Virus record (IMG/VR): IMGVR_UViG_3300032163_000004
Location: 1-64,000 of that record
Source of the DNA: a virus
Length of the DNA: 64,000 bases
Strand: one strand, 5' to 3'
Below the pieces are notes generated by a model. That model was not told the origin of the DNA, ran no database searches, and was given only the letters and a program-made list of their open reading frames with translations. Made by a program: the position numbers and the translations under genes. Position 1 is the stretch's first letter; every line of letters begins with the position of its first letter. Of this stretch, positions 54,204 through 64,000 are shown piece after piece.

Positions 54204-56564
54204 AAAGGAGAAGGAGGTAAAATCAAAATGTCAAAGTTAAAATACTTACGGATATCTAGAACAATGAGTGAAATAAATGAAGAAGTAGAAAAGATTAATC
54301 TTCAAGTTGAGGGTATTAATGTTGCTGATATGATAGCAGCTACTACTGTAATGACATTTTGTGACTGGCTTTGTGGATTATCAGACATGACTATGTCAAG
54401 TCTTTTAGCCTTAGCAAAGTGTGGTGAAAATGCGTTAAAGAAAGGAGTTCCACCTCAGGATGTTAATTCATTTGTTCTCGATAAAATAAATAAAATGTAT
54501 TTAAAGAGTGAAATCAAAGAGTAGTTATATTTTAGTATCAAATAGTAAATAATCCAAAATCCAACTCTGCGAAAGGAGAGAAAAAATGTTCACAAAAATA
54601 ATTGAATTGTTTACAAATTTGACAATGCTTGCTCTGATTGTACTATCCCTACTATTAGTTTGGAAGGTAGGACTTCAGTTCGGCACTTGGTAAGAATGGA
54701 GGAGACAAGATGGAGAAACTATACTATGCTGAAACTGGTTTAGGATGTTGTATTCGTGAAGCAGAAACACTTAATCTTGCCAGATCACTTGTGTTGAGGG
54801 AGGCTGGAACTTGTTCTGGCATTTCTCTTATTCGTAAGGCTACTGAAAAGGATGTTGAATGGGTACGTGCAATGGGAGGTTATGTACCTGAAGTCAAGAA
54901 AAAGGAGATGAAACTATGAACTGTAAAAAGTGTGGTGAAGATATTACTTTTTATGTATTTGGTATGCCAGATGATATATGCTACGGTTGTTTAACTTCAA
55001 AAGAAAAGGGTGAAGTAGTAGGAATAAATGTTGGAATTACAAGAGAACGAATACAAGAAGATGAACTTGAAGGAGGAGAACTCAAATGTTAAAGATTAAA
55101 GAGATGTTTGCATTTGTAGCAAAAGAGAGAAAAGGTGAAGGAGTTATGGCGTCCGAAATGGTTATTGATGGAAGACTTATGTTTGTTCCGCTAGTCGGAG
55201 CAGATATTGCAAGAGTTGATTCTCTTCGACGGAAAGCAGATGAAATTTCTAGGATAACAGGAAAGCCATATAAGATTCTCCATTTTAAACTTGTAGGAGA
55301 AATTCCAAGGAGGTGAAATTATGGACGAAAGAGTTATAGTTACAAAACCTATTGTTGGAATATGTCATATGCAAGTATGTGTTGTTGAAGATGCTTCTGA
55401 TGAAGAAATCATTGATACATGTAATAAAGAAAATCCAAGTGGAACAACTGGAGGTTGGAAGCAAGTTGAAAGATATGATGTAGTTTCTTGTGATAAGTAT
55501 CCAGGAAGAAATCATATGTGTGTTGTTTGTTGATATTTTAAAAGGAAGGAGTGATTATGTATTACTTTGATACAAAAGCATATCAGTTAAAACTGCCAGA
55601 TATTTCCCAGTATATGCCTATTATAAGTATACTTTGTGTTGTTTTAGCACTTGTTTGTCTGGTACTTTTAATTGTTTCATCAATGATCTATCGTAGAAAC
55701 GATAAAGTATATTCCTTTAGACTTTCTCTTGTGAATACTATCTTTGAGAAATCTAAAGTAGATGAATTCAAAGATTATGAGTGGAGATTAAAAGAATTTG
55801 ATAGTATCTCCTACAGAAAAATGCTCTATATGTTTTGGAGGCGTTTAAAACCAGAAAACTTTTATAAGAACCTTGACTTTTTAGCTTAGGGAATAAGGTT
55901 TGCTAATATTTCAGTTGTAAGAAAGGAGAGGGTTGATTGTGTCTCTAAAAGATTTAAAAGATTTTTGGTGGGAATCACCTCTAAAAGAAGAACCACCTCT
56001 AGTTAATAACGAGGAAGGTAATAAAGCGTTCTGTATTGCATTTATCATTGCTTTAATTCTTGTAGTCATCTTCATTGTAATAGAAAAAATCTTTCTAAAA
56101 TAAGGAGGGGTAACTTAATGGAAAAAGTCAAAGAAAAGAACAATATGTTTTGGAACCAAACCTTCGTTTTCATCATCACTGAAATATTTGGAGAGCAGGT
56201 ATTAAAAGACTATCTCAAAGATGCTAAATTAGATTCTATTAAAAATGGAGAAACAGTAATTGATAATGTTTCTTTAGATGAGTATGAAAAGAACCTCTAT
56301 AAATATATAGATGCAGTATATTCGTATCTGGAGAAGAATAAGAGGAGAATTCCCTCTGGTGAGTTAGAAGCAAAGGGAAGGGCTGTTAGTGGTCTAAGTG
56401 ATATTTGGTGGGCTCTCGTGAAACTAAGTCATTCAGACCTGCAAGATTATGAATCTATTGGTGTACGAGAAGACTTTAAAGTGATATATAGAGATAGACG
56501 TCCAGGACCTTTGGACATGTTAAATTCAATTCTTAGAGGAAATACTGATTAAATAGTCTTCTCT

Positions 56565-56598
56565 TAGGGGATATCAATTTGTCCCCTATTTTTTTTGT
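56565..56598 (+). terminator. Intrinsic terminator
   Basis: taggggata/tgtccccta stem followed by T-tract. Confidence 0.7.
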
Positions 56599-56619
56599 CT
56601 GCTTAGGTACACTTCTTCT

Positions 56620-56961
56620 TTATAAACTTGTTACCTTTCCATGTTTTATAGGTCTTTTTTTATTCTTATTTACTTTCTTTGAGACTTCTCTATCAATATC
56701 TATTCCACATGATCTAGCTATATCAAGTAACCTAATGATAGTATCTGCTAGTTCTTCTTTAAAGTTACCAAAATCGTTATGTCTAACTGCTTCTGCTGCT
56801 TCACTTAGTTCTGTTACAACTAACATAAGCTTTCCTAACATTAAATCTCCCTTACTTGCAGATCTATTAGAATCAGCTTCAACATCTGGACTTATTCCAT
56901 CTGGAGTATAAAATCCTTTCTTAATTCTCCATTCTTTAATTCTATCACCGATGTCATTCAT
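56620..56961 (-). CDS. MazG-like NTP pyrophosphohydrolase
   Basis: KLMLVVTELSEAAEAVR...EELADTIIRLLD...NKKRP.KHGK. Confidence 0.85.
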   Translation of the reverse strand: MNDIGDRIKEWRIKKGFYTPDGISPDVEADSNRSASKGDLMLGKLMLVVTELSEAAEAVRHNDFGNFKEELADTIIRLLDIARSCGIDIDREVSKKVNKNKKRPIKHGKVTSL

Positions 56962-57020
56962 CTTATCCTCCTTTCTCTTTTTCTTTTAAAGTATGTTCAC
57001 ATTAGTATATAACTATTCCA

Positions 57021-57041
57021 TTACATATATTAATTACTGAA
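57021..57041 (+). promoter_or_regulatory. Island promoter motif
   Basis: ttacatatattaattactga. Confidence 0.7.
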
Positions 57042-58045
57042 GGGATAAAATTTTGGTTGAAAGGAGACAATTAAATGATTCCATACAATTGGTCAAGTGA
57101 AGAAGAGATTTGTGTGAATAAAATTCTTCAATTAATTAGTGCTCTTAATATCAAATTATATGTAACTCCCACTACTCCAAATGAAAAAGACACGGTAACA
57201 TTGAAATCTGCTTTCTCGAAAATGACGTCATCAGTAATTGAAAGAAAAATAAAGGAATTGGTAATTTCCATAGGGATCAAGGAATAAAATATTTCTTTAA
57301 AGATCTATATCTAACTTTTAGAAACAATCATCCGTGGTCTTATAGAAGGCTTATGAAACGAAAGGAGATAATAAATCATGATAAGAGACATCATTGTAAC
57401 TACACCTAAAACTCAAATGAAAATTGCTGAACAGGAAGCCCTTGAATGTCTTGAAGCAATTCAAAATGGTGAAGGGGCAGCATATTTTAGAACATTCTCA
57501 AGGAAACCGAAAGATTTAGATATCGGTAGTCGTATCTTTTATGTTGAAGATGGTTTCATTCGAGGTTTTAATACAGTCGAAAAAATTGGTAAAGGAAATA
57601 TGCAATGTAGTACAACAGGTAAAAATTGGAAAGGTGAGTGTTACGTTATAATGCCAGCTCAAAATTGGAAATGGATCAAACCAATTGTAATGAAAGGTTT
57701 TCAAGGATATCATTATTTTCAAGCAACAAAAGATATGAAAATCGTAGGAGACTGGTTAGATCCTAAACCTAAAACTTTCTAGAAGCAAATGAAAAAGTTA
57801 GTCCAACTAGAACTAGACGAGGAGGGGAAGAAGATGAGAAGACTAACGTTGATTCAAGCCAACGAAATCGAAGATGAAATACGAAGGCTGGAAGCAGATC
57901 CGACAGTAGACAAACATGAGATACGTTTGTTTATGCAAACACCAATGCCTTGCGGTCATGCAGCGGGAAATCTTCTAACCTGCGATGATCCACCTTACGG
58001 ATGCGTAATCTGTGGAGAACCTAAAGAAGAAAAGAGGGAAGACTA

Positions 58046-58252
58046 ATGACATCATCTACAGAACTTCAAAGACTATTTAAGAAGTACGATATCACATCTA
58101 GAAAACATGAGGGGATAAGAGGAGATGAAATATATAACTGGGGAGTCTTTCATAAAGGACAACCAGTAGTATCATGTTTAACTAAACAACAAGTTGTTTA
58201 CTACAAAAAACATGTTCTAGAGAAACTTATGAGAAAGGAGAAATTAAAATGA
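58046..58252 (+). CDS. Hypothetical protein, paralog of 60763-60960
   Basis: MTSxTELQ.LFKKY.IT..KHEG...W..FHKGQPVVS in both. Confidence 0.6.
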   Translation: MTSSTELQRLFKKYDITSRKHEGIRGDEIYNWGVFHKGQPVVSCLTKQQVVYYKKHVLEKLMRKEKLK

Positions 58253-60762
58253 TAACAAAATCTCAACGAGATGAAGATGCGAATTTTGAACTATTAAAAC
58301 ATTTCTTCTGGCGCTATCTCAGGTGGGATCAGCGTATCATTATTCTTGTTCGAGCTGCAGTAATAGGAGCTACGAAAAATCGACTTCCACAAACGATTGA
58401 ACACAATGCTTTATTGCGAGCGAAAGAAGCTGGGAAGCTTGTGTCAGTTTGGGATGATATTATGTTTTTTATCCCTCAGGAAAAGAGGATGCCAAATCCA
58501 TTTGAAAAGGAGGTAACTAAAAATGGCCTTAAGTAATTGGGATACACTAACAATAGATCTTGATGGTAATGCAATTGATGGTGTTTTTACTAGTCCAAAG
58601 AGTAGGGTCCAAGTAGAGATTTATAAGAACTGGATTCACATTCAAGATCCGAAAGGGTGGCATGGTGGTGGAAGTTTTGCATCATATGTAGTTGCTCAAA
58701 TTCAACACGGCAGTTTAGTATATCACGATGTGAACATTGAAGCAATTCGAGGTCCTCAAAATGGTATTTATATCGTTTGTTGGACAGTAGAATGGATAAA
58801 AATACCACCCTCAGTGCAGACTAGAATGAACTTTCCTAAAGAAGAAGGGAAAACAGAACCGAACTACCATGGAATGATTGGTTGTGGTGTCTATGGATTC
58901 GAAGGAGGAGAATGGGTTGGAGTAAAAAAAGAGAGCCTTGAGTTTTTAAAGAACTGGGTTTCCAAGAAAGAACCAATATGGGATGAAGAAGATCTTGAAT
59001 GGACAGTAGAAAGTTTTAAAGAAGCTATCCAAGATAGAAGTAAAATGCCAGAGAGTGATATTCGAGATATGACTCCAGAACAGTACAAAGAATACTTAAA
59101 GTCGAAAACTCAATATGTTTTTGAAGAAAGAATTGCAACAGTAGATTTTTCTAAAGCTGTTCGCTTCTGTCAAGGTGATGAATATTTTGAAGGTAAATTA
59201 GGAGTAGATAAAAACGCTACTGCAGTAGGGCAAGCTGAAGAACCAATCTTTTTAAAGATGTTAGGAAAGGAGGAGGAGAAATGAATAAAGATATGGATAT
59301 TTATTTTGGGACAGATGAGCATTATGAATATAAAGATGTCCCTGAAGTGGTAAGAGATAGAGTTGACGATCTTTTAGAGCCATATAGAATTAAAATAGAA
59401 GAGGAGAAAGGAGATTAGAATCGTGGGTCTTATAAAGGATGAGAATGATGCAGAATGGACTACTTTAACACACAGTGATCGACATCACGTTTGGGATTAC
59501 TGTAAGCCAGGTAGGATGGCTGAGACTTGCAGGTATCTACTTATGGGACCTAAAGGATGGGAGTGTGGTAAGACTGATCCTTCTATGAAAATACTTATTG
59601 ATAGCAGGGTCGAAAGTATGAATGCTCAAGGAGATAACTGCGAGGGTAAGTAGTTTGTCAAAAAAAGGAGGATGAACTAAATGACAATACAACATAAAAA
59701 AGAATTTGGTATTTACCATTGGGATACTTTCGACAATGAAACGATCCTTATAGATGAAGCAGACACAATAAAACAAGCAGTCAAAAAAGTAGAAAAGCGC
59801 TACGGAGACAGAATCAGAAGTGATGGAGCAGATCAAGTTGATATAGTTGATTCTAAAGGAAACATTAAAAAGAAATTTAACGTTGGGTAAGAGAGAAAGA
59901 AAGGTAGGTCGGGACTTATTAGAGGAGTCTAAGGACAGCTAAACCCCCACAGCTAAACCTAACCGACCTACTCCAATTTAAGGAGGCAATAAAAATGAAA
60001 AAGATACCCGTTCTACTTCAACTTTTATCTTTACTTCTCAATGGTACGTTTTGGATATTTTTATCTGGGATTTCTTGTCTAATCGCTTTTGGAACTGTTA
60101 GTATAACATATTGTTATGGTAAACCATACACTATTGGAATGGCGTTTTACTACACACCTTATTGGGCTTGGATTCTTTTCGCAATAGGATTTATCTTATC
60201 TATTTATATTTTCTTTACTGAATGAAGAATGAGAAGAAAGGAGAACAGATGAAATGCCCAGATTGTGGAGGAGAACTAAAGACTGATCAAAAATTTGGTC
60301 AAGGTGTTTGGAGATGTACTAAATGTGGTTGGTCTTGGTTCATCTTAAAATTGAGAAAGAAAGGAGAAATTCAACCATGGAAAAAGCACTAGATGTCCTT
60401 ACTTTAAAGAATTTACTAAATGAAGCTGTATATTATTTAAAAGTTCGTTGTGATGTTCCAGAAGACCTAATAAGGAGAATAGATAAAGAAATTAAAAAGG
60501 AAGTTCAAGAACTATATCTTTGGACAAAAGAGTGGCCAAACGAACCAGGAGAATATTGGTTTTATGGTCGTAGGTTCAAACCTCTAGACGAATCAGATAG
60601 GAAATTAGAGTTAAGCTTTGTGGAAGTAAGAAATACTGCTGTTAAAGGTGTCTTAATGTATGTAGCTCGAGGACACTTTCTTTATAAGGAAGAGGGTGCA
60701 GATGGTTGGTGGTTAAAAGCTAATATTCCAGTTCTCCCATCAGAATAGGAAAGGAGAAGTTA

Positions 60763-60960
60763 ATGACGTCACTTACAGAACTTCAAAAATTATTTAAGAA
60801 GTATAGTATTACTGCGAAGAAGCATGAGGGAGACGATTCATATAGTTGGGCTATCTTTCATAAAGGACAACCAGTAGTATCAGGTTTAAGTAGGCCAGAA
60901 GTTGCTTATTACAAAAATCAAGTTCTACAATCTTTAAAAAGAAAGGAGGAAAGAAAATGA
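60763..60960 (+). CDS. Hypothetical protein, paralog of 58046-58252
   Basis: Shared protein motifs and an identical DNA stretch tctttcataaaggacaaccagtagtatca. Confidence 0.6.
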   Translation: MTSLTELQKLFKKYSITAKKHEGDDSYSWAIFHKGQPVVSGLSRPEVAYYKNQVLQSLKRKEERK

Positions 60961-61214
60961 AGAAGATTGTATTGTTAGTTACTTTATTGTTTATGCTCTT
61001 AACAACATCTACCTGTTGCGATTATGAAAGAAAAGAAGTTCTTGGAGACCCAAGATTCACTAAAGTTGAAGAATTTCTTTTCTGCCAACCAGGAAAGTAT
61101 GACAAGATATACGGGACAATATATGAAGACAAAACAACGGGAGTTAAGTATCTCTATATCTGGGCAGGAAGCGGTAGTGGAGGTCCTGCACTAACTAGGT
61201 ATTGGGATAAGTAA
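60957..61214 (+). CDS. Putative lipoprotein
   Basis: Signal peptide plus Cys; D..TGVKYLY...SGGPALT. Confidence 0.5.
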   Translation: MKKIVLLVTLLFMLLTTSTCCDYERKEVLGDPRFTKVEEFLFCQPGKYDKIYGTIYEDKTTGVKYLYIWAGSGSGGPALTRYWDK

Positions 61215-61229
61215 CGTCGAAAAAACATT

Positions 61230-61274
61230 ATTGGGAAAGAACTTTAGTATATAGCTCCTTCCCAATTTTTTTTG
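61230..61274 (+). terminator. Intrinsic terminator
   Basis: attgggaa/ttcccaat stem followed by T-tract; a similar one lies at 50849-50894. Confidence 0.65.
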
Positions 61275-62733
61275 TCTTTTTAGATTATTTTTATCCGCAC
61301 TATTTCTGCATTATAATATGACACAAATCTAAAGAAGTTTTGACCAATCCATTTCTTAACTATTGGAGCACCATCAATAATCTTAGTTCCATTTTTGCCT
61401 GCAGTTTTAACCCAAACTGTAAATATAGGACATGATATCCACCATTCTCTAAACTCACTTTCGTTTTCCATTTTTGCTTTCTTTATTAACCTGTTTGCTA
61501 AGGATATCTATAAATGCCCAGTTAATCAATAGCTCTTCTTTTTCTTTTCTAGTCATATTCTTATTAGCATATTCTACAAAAAAGCGGACGGCAAGGTTAC
61601 TCATTTCTATATCTAACTTAGCATATTTTTCTACAGATTCCTTTAGTATCTTTATGTTAAAATCTTCTTTCTTATTTGTCATTTTCTTTCTCCTTAAACT
61701 ATAGTTGCTTAACACCTAGACTTTTCATACATTCAATAAATACTTTGTTATCCTCTTCATGAGTATATAAATCTTTCTTCTTTATTTCTATTGGTGTACT
61801 ACTAATTAAAATATCAAACGCGATCGGAGTCGCTTTTTCTTTTTCAACTTTTAATTCTTTCTTCCAATCTCTATAAAATTCTTTCGACTTCATACTATTA
61901 TTCACTTCTAAACTTTTAACTCTTTTCACCTTCAACCTCTATTTTTTGTTCTTTAGCTAGTCGTTCTAGAAAACTTATAGAAGATTTCAGAAGATTAATT
62001 GTCCATGTGAGCTCATTACTTCCAGGTAAACCAGTTGGACCTCTACCTGGAGAGAATTGTTTATTAAATAGTTGCAAACATTCACTCTCTACTCCTACAA
62101 TTTTAGGATAAATACTATCTCTAACTGCTATCACAAATTCATGGTTCGACAACATTAGTCTCTCCTCCTTTAAACTGTAGTTTTCCTTCTTTATACTCGT
62201 TATTTAATACTGTTGTTAACCAAGTTCTACTATTGAATATTTCTCTATGAGGTTCACATCTTGGTGAACAGCCAGTAAAATTAGTAGGATCCTTCTCATC
62301 TATGTCTACCACGCAACCACAACTAAGTTCTTTTTGCACTTGCTCAACCATCTTTTTTTCCTCCAATCTCTTTATACATTACAATTCTCCTCTTCACTAA
62401 ACCATGTAATAAATTTAGCTAAGTACTTATCTTTTAGTTTAGTAACTTGTTTTATCTTTTTATGAAATTTTAAATGATCTAACTGTTCTTTTTGAATTAG
62501 TATTTCGCAAATCTTTAGTGTAGTATCTATTGCATTAACAGTTGAACTTTCTGGATCTTCTAAAGTATGCTTTAAACAATCTAAATGGAAAAAATAAGTA
62601 GATTCAGTATTTCGATAGTGATCATATTGAACTGCATATAAAATGTGTATATCATTGCCTCTTTGCTCCCCACATAACATACAGTTTGGATATGGTGGAT
62701 TCGAAGCTTTTCTTAAAGAAATATCATCTAATC

Positions 62734-63450
62734 TCACGTTCGTTCTACCTCCTGCTTTATATCTTCAGAACACGTTGGAGTTTTTCCTAACCTGACGTCA
62801 GCTAATTTCCAAGAGTAATCATATAAGTGCAATCCTTTTGAAGCAACAACCATTTCTCCATCTTCTACTCCTATAGATTGCGACATATATTCTTTCATAA
62901 GTTGAATAGCAGCTAAATTAGAAGGGAATCCAGCCCAAAGATCCCAGCTACGAAAATAAACGAAGAAATGTAGTCCGCCATCTTGAATTCTAGTATCGAT
63001 ACTTCGCAAACATGGAGGATCTTTCATAAATAAATGGTCTCTATAATCACCTACAATTATATGCTCTTGATTAGTTCTATAACCACCAGTATTTTGATAT
63101 ACATCTTTATATCTTTCTATTATCTTTTCCATTTGAGGTTTAATATAAATTCCATACGTATAATCTTCATTCGGTTTCTTAATATCTTCCATTAAATAAG
63201 GGAGATATTCTCTTTCTACGTAGTTCATATCTGTAGGGTTTGGGATTCCATAATGAGGAGGTATATCAGGAATTAGTGGTCTATCCCCCGGATAACTAAT
63301 ATGAATAGTAACATAATCTAGTTCTTTTCGTCTTTGCCCAGCGTAACTTCCATAGTTTATCTTAAATTCTTCACCATATTCAACTACTGAGTAAACAGCC
63401 TGAAACCAAGCATCACTTAAACTAGTAGCTTCTATAGTAACGATTTTCAT
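62734..63450 (-). CDS. thyA: Thymidylate synthase (short, divergent ThyA type)
   Basis: YTYG, DPPCL (catalytic Cys), FRSWDL, GFPSN (dUMP-specifying Asn), LHLY. Confidence 0.85.
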   Translation of the reverse strand: MKIVTIEATSLSDAWFQAVYSVVEYGEEFKINYGSYAGQRRKELDYVTIHISYPGDRPLIPDIPPHYGIPNPTDMNYVEREYLPYLMEDIKKPNEDYTYGIYIKPQMEKIIERYKDVYQNTGGYRTNQEHIIVGDYRDHLFMKDPPCLRSIDTRIQDGGLHFFVYFRSWDLWAGFPSNLAAIQLMKEYMSQSIGVEDGEMVVASKGLHLYDYSWKLADVRLGKTPTCSEDIKQEVERT

Positions 63451-64000
63451 TACTTGTCCTTTCCTTTCACTATTCTAAAAATCTAAGAACGCTTAAACTT
63501 AACTCACTTGACATAACAATTACTTTTGAATCACTTTCCAAAGCTCTTTTAAATTTTTCTATCAATTGTGAAGCTTCTCCACCTTTAAGAAAACCTCTAG
63601 GAACATGTATAACTAAAATATCTTTATCATGTATTTCTAAATTTAGTTCTTTTGTTTCTTGTTCTTGTCCGTTTTCAATTCTTAGTGTTACTTGCATTTC
63701 ATTTCTCCTCTATTCTAACTACTCGTACTTTTCTTTATACTTAGCTCACCCTACTAAGTCTTTCTTATGAGTTCTCATCAGTTTGTGCCATACTCTTGTA
63801 CCTGCTTGACTAACTTCTCTTAAAGCATCGGTTAGTTTATCTTGTTGATTAAACATCGCCCACTCATCAACATTATCAACTAGTGTCTTACATTTTAGTT
63901 TTAAATCTTTAACAAGTTCTTCCATTAATCTCCTCCTCCACAACTACCAGAATCAGAACTATCTGAACTACTTAAATCAGGGCTGCTATCTTCAGTTGGA

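Noticed and set aside
19755-57041. Archaeal TATA-box reading of the island motif (archaeal virus)
   Set aside because: The motif is often too close to the SD for TATA spacing, and the NAD ligase, RF-1-type GGQ protein and hairpin terminators point to a bacterial host; not fully excluded.
62734-63450. dCMP hydroxymethylase (modified-base pathway)
   Set aside because: It retains the dUMP-specifying Asn (GFPSN); ordinary ThyA is more parsimonious.
1-64000. Stop-codon reassignment (suggested by the TTA-anticodon unit)
   Set aside because: Long conserved genes are intact in code 11, and TAA, TAG and TGA all end genes at expected positions.

Overview
AT-rich 64-kb segment of a large (jumbo-type) bacteriophage genome. 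It uses the standard code, has strong GGAGG(TG) ribosome-binding sites, and shows no capsid, terminase or polymerase gene in this window. A minus-strand backbone carries a glycosylation/nonulosonic-acid cluster, free-standing homing endonucleases, nucleotide and RNA-repair enzymes, an 8-tRNA cluster and ThyA. About ten plus-strand islands of small hypothetical genes interrupt it. Each island opens with a conserved YTAYATATATTAAT promoter-like motif and closes with a hairpin-U-tract terminator, while minus-strand units are often preceded by GAACAWA. The standout locus is 36.0-38.9 kb: a divergent Ro60/TROVE-vWA gene, a small coiled-coil partner gene, and a tandem array of five Y-RNA-like ncRNAs. 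The five units share a covarying terminal stem with an invariant internal loop and a TACATGC motif, but each carries a different cargo: two CCA-ending tRNA-like domains, a tRNA-Ser circularly permuted at the variable arm, a CCA microhelix and a near-empty unit. All assignments come from motif recognition by eye; no searches were run.
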